Shown: positions 39,566 to 49,339, counted from the stretch's first letter. The stretch is DNA of 64,000 nt from Marinicella sp. (GCA_965230295.1 OZ246001.1:1888001-1952000), one strand, 5' to 3'. The notes: a model not told the origin generated them from the sequence alone. Numbers and translations: made by a program.

Positions 39566-39892
39566 ATGAGCCACACTTTTGCCATACAAGTTACCTTAAA
39601 AGCCGTGAAAGGCAAAGGTGATTACTTGGCACAAATCATGTTAGAGGCTGCAGACATCATCGAAAACCTTCCAGGTTGTCAAACTTATATTGTGATTCGT
39701 GCCATGTCTGATCCGGACCAGGTGATGATCACTGAAATATGGGACAGCCAACAATTGCATCAAGCATCCATGGCCAATAAAGAAGTACTCAATTTAATCA
39801 ACTCAACCCGATCTCTGATCACCCACATGGAACACCACGCTGGTCGCCCCATCAACCGAGAGACCAGCATTCTCAGACCAATTTGTGCTTGA
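39566..39892 (+). CDS. Antibiotic biosynthesis monooxygenase (ABM) family protein
   Basis: GKGDYLA, PGCQTY and ITEIWDSQQLHQAS pattern. Confidence 0.85.
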   Translation: MSHTFAIQVTLKAVKGKGDYLAQIMLEAADIIENLPGCQTYIVIRAMSDPDQVMITEIWDSQQLHQASMANKEVLNLINSTRSLITHMEHHAGRPINRETSILRPICA

Positions 39893-39999
39893 TTTTCGAA
39901 TTAAATAATCAAACAAAACCATCTGTATTCGACGTAATCCCAGTAGAAGATCCACATAACTCTGTTATAAAATAATGACTTTCAACTCAGCAATAACGA

Positions 40000-40351
40000 A
40001 TGTCGATTATGCCCGTTTGTGGTGTGATAATGACTCCGAAAGTCCCCAAATGTCTGGCTGTATTTTTTGGGACCACACAGGGTTTGAAAGTTGAAAAAGA
40101 ATATCGTGGTGATTAGCAGCTGCATTATGGGGTAGACATGGGTGGGGTTCATTTTGGAATCCATCCTCCAGAGAACATGAAAGTGTACAGCGTTGGTTGT
40201 GCAAATACCCGGTTGATGTTTAAAACAACCACAAGCGAGACAATTAACCGCCACGCATGATGAAGGTTTTGGTTTATTGACCAACTATGAACACCCGGAA
40301 GGCAATACATGTAATATTGTCAAATTAGAATATGAATTTAGCAATCATTGA
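40000..40351 (+). pseudogene. VOC/glyoxalase family pseudogene
   Basis: Frame from 40000 reads GVIMTPK..GLKVEKEYRGD*QLHYGVDMGGVHFGIHPP with an in-frame TAG at 40114. The tail HDEGFGLLTNYEHPEGNTCNIV (DPDGN-like) lies in another frame. Confidence 0.6.
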
Positions 40352-40929
40352 TGATGAAAAAATCAACCAAAGCCAATGAGCTCATTGATAAAGCTTGGTC
40401 TTTAAGGTGCCAAGCCATGGTGTCATCCACAGGGTTGACGGAACGACAAAACTTGATGGAATCGGCCCACTTAAAATTGCTTGAAGCGGTGGTCATTTGT
40501 CGAGCCATTGGTGCTCAATTTGAATTGGTGGATGCCATGCGAAAATTGGGTCATATTGAACAAGACTTGGGCCAAATTGAAGAATCAAAAAAGTGGTACG
40601 AAGATGCCGTAGAAGAGGCTCGAGAATTGAACGACAACATGTTGGTGGCACACTCGGTCAGGCATTTGGGTGATATTCACTTGAGTCTAGGTAGCACAAA
40701 AGTTGCTGACATGTGTTATGCCGAGGCATTGATGCTGTATAGAAATCATGAACCCGTCCCCACACTTGATTTGGCCAATGCCATCAGACCTATGGCCATA
40801 CTGAAAGAAGAAGCGGGGTTAACTGAGGAAGCCAAAAACCTGTGGCATGAAGCGCGAGATCTATATGCCAACGCTGGGATACAAGCGGGTGTGATCGAAT
40901 GTTCAAATCATTTGAACCAGTTAAGCTGA
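40351..40929 (+). CDS. Tetratricopeptide repeat protein
   Basis: Repeated LGHIEQDLG / LGDIHLSLG / YAEAL TPR patterns. Confidence 0.8.
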   Translation: MMKKSTKANELIDKAWSLRCQAMVSSTGLTERQNLMESAHLKLLEAVVICRAIGAQFELVDAMRKLGHIEQDLGQIEESKKWYEDAVEEARELNDNMLVAHSVRHLGDIHLSLGSTKVADMCYAEALMLYRNHEPVPTLDLANAIRPMAILKEEAGLTEEAKNLWHEARDLYANAGIQAGVIECSNHLNQLS

Positions 40930-40973
40930 TTATGAAATGTACAGGCTGATCCTATAGCGAATGCCAAATCCGT

Positions 40974-42194
40974 ATGAAGGTGAACAGAACAATAAAACAA
41001 CGTGATTTGAAACATCTACGGCGTATGGCTTTAGATGGCCAAGGGTTGATCAAGGCACAGCCATTTGGCAAAGGTATCCATGCTGCACATCGGGTGATCC
41101 GGCATTTAGGTTACGTGCAACTGGACACTGTTTCGGTGGTAGAGCGGGCACACAACCATGTGTTGTATTCAAGGGTACCAGACTTTAAACCTGAGATGAC
41201 CAACCAGTTGTTACAGAAGAGAGACATCTTCGAATACTGGTCACATGCGGCCGCCTTTTTACCGATTGAAGATTTTCGTTTCAGCTTGCCTTATAAACAG
41301 GCCATCAAAAGTGGTCAAACCCATTGGTTTAAAAACCCCGATAAAAAATTGATGGCTGAATTGATGATGCGGATTCAGGCAGAAGGTCCGCTTTGTTCAC
41401 GAGATGTAGAAGCCAAGAGGGAACGAAAATCCAACGGTTGGTGGGACTGGAAACCAGCCAGGAAAGCTTTGGAACAATTGTTCATGCAAGGTGATTTGAT
41501 GGTCTGTGATCGCAGCGGATTTCAAAAAACCTATGACCTCACTGAACGGGTGTTACCTTCACACATCAACACCGAGGTTCCTGGTATCAATGAGATGGCA
41601 GCGCATTTACTGCAACAGCAATTGCACTGTCATGGTGTGGTGTCACTCAAAGGACTGACCTACTTACGCCGCAACGCCCCATTGCGCCAAGCCATGAAAA
41701 ACAGGGTCAATGAACTGTTGGCAGAAAACACTTTAGAAACGGTGGTCTTGAATAGTGGAGAACGCTTTTTTATACCAGCAGGGGCTTTGGATCTACCCAT
41801 GACACGAACCGGTAACAGGGTCAAAATCATGTCTCCATTTGACAACGCAGTGATTCAGCGTGAGCGCCTGAAATCCGTGTTTGATTTTGACTATCAAATT
41901 GAATGCTATGTACCTGCTGATAAAAGAAAGTACGGTTATTTTTGTTTGCCCATACTCTACCGAGATCAATTCATTGGTCGCATGGACTGTAAAGCCCACC
42001 GCAGAGAAAAACATTTGGAAATTAAACATTTGTATTTGGAGCAGACCATAAACGACCAAGACGCCTTTTTAATTGCTTTCGAGAGAGCCATCAAGGATTT
42101 TTGTTTATTTCAGCAATGTTTAAGTGTGTCATTCAGAAAAGTAAAACCAGAGCATATACACCATCAGCTCAATACCCTATTCAACGGAGCATGA
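40974..42194 (+). CDS. YcaQ/AlkZ-like winged-helix DNA glycosylase (HTH_42)
   Basis: QxD motif VQLDTVSVVERAH, FEYWSH, WWDWK, SPFDN, ECYVP and RKYGY. Confidence 0.88.
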   Translation: MKVNRTIKQRDLKHLRRMALDGQGLIKAQPFGKGIHAAHRVIRHLGYVQLDTVSVVERAHNHVLYSRVPDFKPEMTNQLLQKRDIFEYWSHAAAFLPIEDFRFSLPYKQAIKSGQTHWFKNPDKKLMAELMMRIQAEGPLCSRDVEAKRERKSNGWWDWKPARKALEQLFMQGDLMVCDRSGFQKTYDLTERVLPSHINTEVPGINEMAAHLLQQQLHCHGVVSLKGLTYLRRNAPLRQAMKNRVNELLAENTLETVVLNSGERFFIPAGALDLPMTRTGNRVKIMSPFDNAVIQRERLKSVFDFDYQIECYVPADKRKYGYFCLPILYRDQFIGRMDCKAHRREKHLEIKHLYLEQTINDQDAFLIAFERAIKDFCLFQQCLSVSFRKVKPEHIHHQLNTLFNGA

Positions 42195-42227
42195 TAAAAT
42201 ATAGATTCAACAAAACCATAAAGATTG

Positions 42228-42581
42228 ATGAATCAATTGTTTCGCTGGCAACCAGGACCACAATTGTCGGGTTACGACAAAATGCTGTTGTTGGGCAGCC
42301 GTTGGTTGATCAAGTTTGATGTCTATTTATTGCGATTCAATCCGGGCAGTGAAATCAAACCACACACCGATCAGGTCAAAATTGGCAGACATTACCGTTT
42401 AAATTGGGTTCTGAAAAAAGCCAAACAAGGCGGTGAATTTGTATGCGCAGATCCCATCTATGCCAGTAAACGCATCAAACTCTTTCGTCCTGACATCAGT
42501 GAACACAGTGTCACAAAAGTAATCGAGGGCAAGCGGTATTTATTGAGTATCGGCTGGGTAAGAAGACCAAAACAGGAATAA
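42228..42581 (+). CDS. Small 2OG-Fe(II) oxygenase-like protein
   Basis: PHTD, GGEF, FRPD..EHSV and RYLLSIGW. Confidence 0.75.
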   Translation: MNQLFRWQPGPQLSGYDKMLLLGSRWLIKFDVYLLRFNPGSEIKPHTDQVKIGRHYRLNWVLKKAKQGGEFVCADPIYASKRIKLFRPDISEHSVTKVIEGKRYLLSIGWVRRPKQE

Positions 42582-42583
42582 TT

Positions 42584-42985
42584 ATGGCTAAATTAATAAC
42601 ATGGGGATGCGGTTTGTTTTTTATTGCGTATGGCATCGGGTTCGTGTTTTTTCCTGAGCTCCTGTCACAATGGATCACTGAAAGTGTTCCTGAAACAAGT
42701 TCAGGGGTCACTGACATGCGAGCCACTTACGGGGGGATGTCTGTTGCCATGGGTCTGACCATCCTGTTGTTGGCAATGCATGAGGGTCAGTTAACCCTGG
42801 CATTGCTGGTCACAGGGCTGGTGTTGTGGTCGATGGCCATTGGACGAATCATTGGCATGGTCATAGATGGAGAACCCAATTGGGTGATGACTATTTACCT
42901 GGTGACTGAATGCCTGTTTGGAGGCCTGGCTTTGTGGTTGTTTGGAGTCGAAAAGAAGAAGGCACCAGGAGGGGACCAAACATGA
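42584..42985 (+). CDS. DUF4345-like membrane protein
   Basis: DMRATYGG and GRIIGMVIDG, 4 TM helices. Confidence 0.75.
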   Translation: MAKLITWGCGLFFIAYGIGFVFFPELLSQWITESVPETSSGVTDMRATYGGMSVAMGLTILLLAMHEGQLTLALLVTGLVLWSMAIGRIIGMVIDGEPNWVMTIYLVTECLFGGLALWLFGVEKKKAPGGDQT

Positions 42986-43389
42986 AAAAAGTCTTTTTTT
43001 ATGGCCTGTTTATGGATCCTGACTTCCTTGAGGAAAAGGGCCATAACCCCAAAAATGTTCAGCTGGTTTATTCAAATGGTTATCAATTGATCATTGGTGA
43101 AAAAGCATCACTCCTACCAAAAGCAGGCGCCAAAGCCTATGGCACAATTATGGATTTGCAGACTGATGAATTAAACCTGTTGTATGCCGCTGAGGGTGTG
43201 CAAGATTACGTCCCTCAAGCGTTGCACGTTCACACCATGTCAGGTAAAAGATTGGAAGTTCTTTGTTACATTTTACCCAAGGATAAAATGGCAGGCAGTA
43301 ACAGTGAATATGCCAGGCAACTTGCAAAAGTGGCTGAACAATTAGGCTTGCCAGAAAGTTACATTGAAGAAATCAAAACATGGGTATAA
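42982..43389 (+). CDS. Gamma-glutamylcyclotransferase family protein
   Basis: VFFYGLFMD N-terminal motif and LGLPESYI tail. ATGA overlap with the previous gene. Confidence 0.8.
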   Translation: MKKVFFYGLFMDPDFLEEKGHNPKNVQLVYSNGYQLIIGEKASLLPKAGAKAYGTIMDLQTDELNLLYAAEGVQDYVPQALHVHTMSGKRLEVLCYILPKDKMAGSNSEYARQLAKVAEQLGLPESYIEEIKTWV

Positions 43390-43429
43390 GTGGGTCACTG
43401 AGGTATGAAATTAATTGGAGGGTAATCGC

Positions 43430-43855
43430 ATGATCAATGAAACCAATCAAGGGGGTTGTCTTTGTGGGGCTGTTCGTTACGAAGTCAAAGGGCCCTTGCG
43501 TGATGTGGTGAATTGTCATTGCTCCATGTGTCAAAGGTTGCATGGTAATTTTGGTCCTCACAGCAAAGCGCGCAAAGAGCACATAACAGTCACCAACGAC
43601 GAAGGGTTGGCTTGGTACAAAACATCCGATACAGCCAGACGCGGCTTTTGTCGCAAATGTGGTTCAAGTTTGTTTTGGGAACCTTTCGAGCTGGATGCCA
43701 CGGGCATCATTGCCGGAACTTTGGATGTGCCAACAGGATTGAAAACCATGGGACATATTTTTGTCAGTGAAAAACCGGATTTCTATGACATCGCTGACGA
43801 CCTGCCACAGTTCGAACAATCCTCTGAAGGTCAGTTAAAGGATGATTACAAATAG
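43430..43855 (+). CDS. GFA (CENP-V) family Zn protein
   Basis: GGCLCGAVRY, CHCSMCQR and RGFCRKCGS. GGAGGG RBS. Confidence 0.92.
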   Translation: MINETNQGGCLCGAVRYEVKGPLRDVVNCHCSMCQRLHGNFGPHSKARKEHITVTNDEGLAWYKTSDTARRGFCRKCGSSLFWEPFELDATGIIAGTLDVPTGLKTMGHIFVSEKPDFYDIADDLPQFEQSSEGQLKDDYK

Positions 43856-43925
43856 TTACAGGATGCAAACAAAAAAATAACTTTGTGGTTGTTACCATTG
43901 AGGTCCATCAGAAAAGGAACATTCA

Positions 43926-45605
43926 ATGTACATCAAAGCGTTTATTTTATTGGTGGTGGCAGCCACCCAGACCCATGGACTTTCACTCAGTCATGTATTT
44001 CAAGACCCCGAAACATTCGACCCCAAAGCTTTTGATATGGGGAACTCCCAAACTGTTTTGTTGAATGATCGCATCCTGTTTGCTGGACGGTCTGACCAAG
44101 GTTCTGCCTTGTGGGCACTGGACATCAACACCCTGGAAAAAACCGTGTTGCAAACCGGTTATGCCACCAACGGTCGCATTGAATTCATTCGATTAGGTGA
44201 TGAAGTGTTTTTTAAATTCAACACTGATGTCAACTCAGGCGCCCAGCTTTGGCATTCAGACGGCACTGTGGCAGGAACACAATTGTTCGCAGAAGGCATG
44301 ATGAGCGATTTTGTGCCATTAAAAAAATCAGGTGATGTTTTGATAGGGGTAAGACAAGAGTTTGGTGGCCAAGCCCAGTTGGTGGTGACTGATGGCATTG
44401 ATCTTGTGGTGCATGCTGCAGAACCCACTTATTCTGAGCAAATATGTGCATACAGCCCTGACTTGATCTTGATGCATGACAGCACTGGTGATTTTCCGGT
44501 GTATCGTCGATCGACTTCAACCACATCTGAAGTGTTGGACATACCAGTGCCTGATGATTTTATCAGCTATCAGACCGACCTGGTTTCGCACCATGGAGCT
44601 TGTTATGTGATTGCCTACGATGGCAGCTCCAATCGTGGTGGTGAGTTGTGGGAAATCGAGGCATCAGGCCAGATCAACAACATCAGTGAACGTTTGGATT
44701 TGGACGATCCAATCAAAAATGTGGTCTCCCATGACGGTGGCTTGTACATCAAAACCACAGGCATCAACGCCAAAATCCATTTGTTGAATAACCACCTGAA
44801 CAAAATTTTGGCATCACGAGATTTTTATTTCAGTACTTTTTTGTTTTCTCGTGGGCCTTATCTGGTCAGTATGGCCTTTCCAACCACTTCACCACCGACC
44901 ATCACTTTGGATTTTTTGCGCAGTGATTTATCTGAGTCAGTAGAAACATTTAGCGGGTATCGAGGTCCATCGCCACGTAACCCACCAGATTTTTTTGACA
45001 GCAATGGTCAATGGGTGATGGCCAAGACCACCAGAACAGGTCAGCTTGAACCAATCGAGTCAGTGGTATTTAACCCTTTCGAGACAACCGAAAAAACATT
45101 GAATTTACCGCAAATGACCCGGCATCAAGTGATCTCAGCTACAGATCAGGATCGGCTGTTCGTGTTGTCTTTGGATCAGGAATACAGGGGTACTTTGTTT
45201 GAAGTAGAGGACACACCGAGTATAGGGCCTTCCATTGATGGTAGTTGGATAGACCCAAATCTCAAAAACCAGGGTTTGATGCTCAGAACGGGAGAGCGAC
45301 AAGATGGTTCGGAATACTTGATAGCTACGGTATATACTTTCCAAAACGGACACCCATTCTGGTTGGCTGGTGTGGCCAACATTGAACCCTTGATGAAAAC
45401 CATTTCGGTAGAAATGTTCTCTTTTGACGGTATTGATTTTTTTGAACCTGAAATTCAGCCGGAACAATCGGCATTTGGTCGATTGACTTTGGAGATGACT
45501 GCCTGTCATACATTGGACATGGTGTTAATAGGTGAAAACACCTCAGAAGTACATACCCTTTTGCGGGTGGATGATGTCAAAGCCACGAAGTATTGTACAG
45601 ACTAG
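43926..45605 (+). CDS. Secreted beta-propeller-like protein with an ELWxxDGT-type repeat and a C-terminal GSWxDP domain
   Basis: Signal peptide. QLWHSDGTVAGT and GELW. C-terminal SIDGSWIDP..QG..YTF..GHPFWLAG. Confidence 0.65.
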   Translation: MYIKAFILLVVAATQTHGLSLSHVFQDPETFDPKAFDMGNSQTVLLNDRILFAGRSDQGSALWALDINTLEKTVLQTGYATNGRIEFIRLGDEVFFKFNTDVNSGAQLWHSDGTVAGTQLFAEGMMSDFVPLKKSGDVLIGVRQEFGGQAQLVVTDGIDLVVHAAEPTYSEQICAYSPDLILMHDSTGDFPVYRRSTSTTSEVLDIPVPDDFISYQTDLVSHHGACYVIAYDGSSNRGGELWEIEASGQINNISERLDLDDPIKNVVSHDGGLYIKTTGINAKIHLLNNHLNKILASRDFYFSTFLFSRGPYLVSMAFPTTSPPTITLDFLRSDLSESVETFSGYRGPSPRNPPDFFDSNGQWVMAKTTRTGQLEPIESVVFNPFETTEKTLNLPQMTRHQVISATDQDRLFVLSLDQEYRGTLFEVEDTPSIGPSIDGSWIDPNLKNQGLMLRTGERQDGSEYLIATVYTFQNGHPFWLAGVANIEPLMKTISVEMFSFDGIDFFEPEIQPEQSAFGRLTLEMTACHTLDMVLIGENTSEVHTLLRVDDVKATKYCTD

Positions 45606-45608
45606 GGT

Positions 45609-46265
45609 CTAGTTAACAGGCTTGTCTTTGTTCTGACAGCTGCACTTAGGCCCCATAAACAACCGTTCAACAATAATCTCAGCCGCTTTCTGGCTACCGG
45701 CTCTGGAAGGGTGAAAACGGTCTGAAGAATAATATGAATAATCGCCGGTGTTATCGATGTGTTGTTTCCAGTGGTAGCCAACAGGTATCAAGATCGCATT
45801 GTTGGCGTGGGCACCGGCGGTGTAATTGCTGATGACTCCGGGGAAACTGAAATACCTGGGAATTGAAGGCCACACCATAAAATAGGCCAGCTGCGCATTG
45901 TTCTCGGCACACAATCGGGCGTAATCAGCACCGCCATTGACCAACATCTCATAGCCATCAATTTGCGAAGAGGGGCCTTGTTGAATCACCACAAAATCAA
46001 ACGAATTGTTGCGCACCAGGTTTTGTACCCGGCCATCAGCCCAGTGATCGACAATTGCATAGCCATTCTTGACCACCTTCTGGGTATTCACCGTGATCCC
46101 CAAAGTTGCGGCATGCTGCCGCACCAATTTAGGCAAATCATTCGAACCGGTTAAACTGTTGCCCACAAACAGCACATGGTATTCAGGTTGTGTCGATTTT
46201 TTCAAAGCCACATCGGCATATCCCAAATTCCAGATAACCACCAAAGCCCAAAACCAAATTTTCAT
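45609..46265 (-). CDS. Secreted SGNH/GDSL-like hydrolase
   Basis: VLFVGNSLT, VVIQQ, PVG and DRFHPS. Confidence 0.8.
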   Translation of the reverse strand: MKIWFWALVVIWNLGYADVALKKSTQPEYHVLFVGNSLTGSNDLPKLVRQHAATLGITVNTQKVVKNGYAIVDHWADGRVQNLVRNNSFDFVVIQQGPSSQIDGYEMLVNGGADYARLCAENNAQLAYFMVWPSIPRYFSFPGVISNYTAGAHANNAILIPVGYHWKQHIDNTGDYSYYSSDRFHPSRAGSQKAAEIIVERLFMGPKCSCQNKDKPVN

Positions 46266-46346
46266 ATCTCAATCCACAATAAAAGTATGACAACCAAGAT
46301 ACCGATCAGGAACAAAAAATACCTTCGGGAAAGTTCCTTTTTGATG

Positions 46347-46450
46347 GATTGCTTCGCAAATGCTTCTTTCCCCTTCGGGAAAAACCGCAATTGCTGTGCA
46401 GAATAAGATGAGCTTTCTGCTGACAAGCTTGCTTGCGAACTGAAAACATG
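46347..46450 (-). repeat. Diverged inverted copy of the two-hairpin unit
   Basis: Minus strand ATGTT..CTCAT-C..TCTGC..CGGTT-TTTCCC-GAA-GGGGAA-AGAAG..GCAATCC, collinear with the 2374-2480 unit junction. Confidence 0.7.
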
Positions 46451-46496
46451 GTGTTCATGTTCGACCTTCTTGCTAATGCCTTTTGGTTTGCTCTTT

Positions 46497-46524
46497 CGTC
46501 ATACCGGCGAAGGCCGGTATCCAG
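46497..46524 (+). repeat. CGTC-tagged REP
   Basis: CGTCATACCGGC-GAA-GGCCGGTATCCAG palindrome. Confidence 0.8.
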
Positions 46525-47109
46525 TATCTTTCAGAATGAACACAGAATCATAAAGTCATTCCAATATAGCGATAACCTAACAGACATTGGCAGCAGTTGT
46601 TCCCTACAATTTACTGCATTTCTCATATCCATGTGGGCTGATTGCGGTCTGTGCCGCAACGACGATATTAGTGTACTTTTGAATCATTCAGAAATATTGA
46701 GAAGTATAAGCATGATCAAAATGCACATTAATACCCTTATTATTGAGATAAAAAGCATTGGTGCACATCTAATAAATTGTTCTGCGTAAGATAGAGAGTG
46801 ACTGATTTACCTGAAAATTTACTTTTAAATATTGCAGATTCTGAAATTGAAGTTCTTTATGTTCCACATGAGTCATGGGTACTAAATTTGGCAACGTTGC
46901 CGAATCAATTGAATATAGGAAAAATGCATAACAAGTAAAGGCCACGGATAAACTGCTGTTTTAGGCTTCGTTAGGGCCTTAAAACCATATGAAAGAGCAT
47001 GATCGAAACTGCCCAAAATATGAGGGCAGAGTCGTTGAGCAAAAACGAAGATACATGGGGTTTTTCAACTATACAGGGACATATCTAGCAGGTGGAATAT
47101 CCACGTGAT

Positions 47110-48714
47110 TCACTTTTGTGGTTGATCCTCATAGCCATTCCTAAACACAGTATCATTACCAAACACTATATAGCTGGCTCCCGAATTGGAGTTACCGTTT
47201 ACGTCTGCACGAAAAGCGCCAATAATCACATCATCGATGCCATCACCATTGACATCACCAGCTGCGCTGACAGAAGCACCACTTTCATCACCTGCTGCTG
47301 CACCATTCAGTGCAAAACCATCCCTTCCATCAAGAGCAGACAAATCTACAGGGCCTGAAAGATCACTGGCCCCAAATACCACATAGCTAGTACCAGCATT
47401 GGAATCATTATTTGGATCTGCCAAAGGAGCACCAATAATCACATCATCGATGCCATCACCATTGACATCACCAGCTGCGCTGGCAGAAGTACCACTTTCA
47501 TTATCTGATGGACCGCCGTTGAGTACGAACCCATCAGTTGCATTAAGGTTAGAAAGGTCTATAGAAGCCGAAAAACTACTGGCCCCAAACACCACATAGG
47601 CTTCACCGGCCTCAATCATGCCATTTGGGTTTGCCAAAGGAGCACCGATAATCACATCATCGATGCCATCACCATTGACATCACCAGCTGCGCTGACAGA
47701 AACACCACTGTAATCACCGGCTGCGACGCCATTGATGGCAAAACCATTGCTTCCATCAAGAGTGGTTAGGTCTATTGAAGCAGAAAATCCACCGGACTTT
47801 CCAAACACCACGTAGCTGCTGCCAGCATTGGAATTATTGTTGGGGTCTGCCAAAAGAGCACCAATAATCACATCATCGAAACCATCACCATTGACATCGC
47901 CTGCTGTGTCTACAGAAGCACCACTTTCATCGTAACTACCGGCACCATTGATGACAAAACCATTGCTTCCATCAAGGGTGGTTAGATCTATTGAAGCAGA
48001 AAATCCACCGGACTTTCCAAACACCACGTAGCTACTGCCAGTATAGTAATTATTATTTGGGTTTGTGTAAGGCGCGCCAATAATCAAGTCATCAAAACCA
48101 TCACCATTAACATCACCAGCAGCGCTGACAGAATAACCGCTTTCATCATAAGCTTCCTCACCATTGAGGACAAATCCATTACTCCCATCTAGGCTGGACA
48201 GATCCATAGAAGCAGGAAAATCAGTTCGGCCTAACACCACATAGCTGCTCCCCGAACGGCTACCATTCGGATCTGCCAAAGGAGCACCAATAATCAGGTC
48301 ATCAAAACCATCACCATTAACATTACCAGCAGCGCTGACAGAATAACCGCTTTCATCATTAGCTGCCGCACCATTCAGGACAAAACCATTGACCCCATCA
48401 AGGGTGGAAAGATCCGTGGAAAAAGAAAATCCACCCGTTGTTCCAAACACCACATAGCTTCTCCCCGAACGGCCACCATTCGGAGCTGCGCTAGGCGCTC
48501 CAATAATCAGATCACCAATCCCATCACCATTAACATCACCAGCAGCGCTGACAGAATAACCGCTTTCATCATTAGCTGCCTCACCATTCAGGACAAAACC
48601 GTTGGACCCATCAAGATCAGATGGGTCCAGTTCAGGCAGAAACTGTGCACAGACCGATTGGTGAACCAAGGCCAAAGCGACTGATGCCACCAGCTTTTTA
48701 CGTTTTACTTTCAT
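47110..48714 (-). CDS. Secreted FG-GAP (integrin alpha-like) seven-repeat beta-propeller protein with DTVFRNGYE tail
   Basis: Signal peptide. Seven G[DN]VNGDG[IF]xD[LV]IIGA repeats. GGAGG RBS. Confidence 0.92.
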   Translation of the reverse strand: MKVKRKKLVASVALALVHQSVCAQFLPELDPSDLDGSNGFVLNGEAANDESGYSVSAAGDVNGDGIGDLIIGAPSAAPNGGRSGRSYVVFGTTGGFSFSTDLSTLDGVNGFVLNGAAANDESGYSVSAAGNVNGDGFDDLIIGAPLADPNGSRSGSSYVVLGRTDFPASMDLSSLDGSNGFVLNGEEAYDESGYSVSAAGDVNGDGFDDLIIGAPYTNPNNNYYTGSSYVVFGKSGGFSASIDLTTLDGSNGFVINGAGSYDESGASVDTAGDVNGDGFDDVIIGALLADPNNNSNAGSSYVVFGKSGGFSASIDLTTLDGSNGFAINGVAAGDYSGVSVSAAGDVNGDGIDDVIIGAPLANPNGMIEAGEAYVVFGASSFSASIDLSNLNATDGFVLNGGPSDNESGTSASAAGDVNGDGIDDVIIGAPLADPNNDSNAGTSYVVFGASDLSGPVDLSALDGRDGFALNGAAAGDESGASVSAAGDVNGDGIDDVIIGAFRADVNGNSNSGASYIVFGNDTVFRNGYEDQPQK

Positions 48715-48939
48715 AGTTAACCTCCAAATGACATCCTGAAAAGGTTTGAATGTTCACTCTGCATCTATTGCAGATGGTATGAATTTTCAGCACAAAATTT
48801 TCAGTATCAGAATCAGATTCACCCTAATTATGTAAGTTGCAAATAAAAAACACCTGATGAAGGTCTATGCTTTTCCTGATTTCATTGTTGTGTGATCAAA
48901 ATTGAATGTCCACTGGTCTATGGAATGTATGACTTGGTA

Positions 48940-49110
48940 TTGGGGCCGTATTCCAAACAATGGAAAAAAGTGAAGTTCCTGGTGGATCATGGCTTTAATT
49001 TTCAAAAAGTGTATCGTAAAGGAGGGGCTGTTTGGTCGCGCGAACGGTACCCACAAAACCTAGAACAGGCCAAAGAATTTGTTATTAAATTCAAGGGTCA
49101 GGCTTTTGAT
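48940..49110 (+). pseudogene. Probable C-terminal fragment of a small hypothetical protein
   Basis: KQWKKVKFLVDHGF..RYPQNLEQAKEFVIKFKGQA looks protein-like, but there is no convincing start and the ORF runs into a REP. The similarity is recalled, not searched. Confidence 0.35.
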
Positions 49111-49174
49111 TTTGGTTGGTGGGTCTTGTTGAAAAGAGTTCTGGTTAATCCAAATCCTGATGCCAGAAAAACGT

Positions 49175-49275
49175 GTCATCCTGAGTGCAGCCAAAGGATC
49201 TCCTGAGTCTGGAGCGTTGTTTAAAAGAAATGCTGGAACGTGTTTGGGAGATTCCTTCACTCGTTCGGAATGACG
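49175..49275. repeat. GTCATCCTGAG-type REP doublet (same family as the GIY-YIG flanks)
   Basis: GTCATCCTGAGTGCAGCCAAAGGATCTCCTG ... GGGAGATTCCTTCACTCGTTCGGAATGACG. Confidence 0.88.
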
Positions 49276-49339
49276 GCATTCATATAGGTGTGTCTATCAA
49301 ATTAGTTTGATTCTTTTGCAAGCTGTTACATCACGCACC

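Noticed and set aside
46433-46789. 118-aa ORF
   Set aside because: It starts inside repeats, crosses a REP, has a TTG start and shows no recognisable motif.
47110-48714. Diversity-generating retroelement template/variable repeats
   Set aside because: The repeats are in-frame protein blades, differences do not appear restricted to adenines, and there is no reverse transcriptase in the window.
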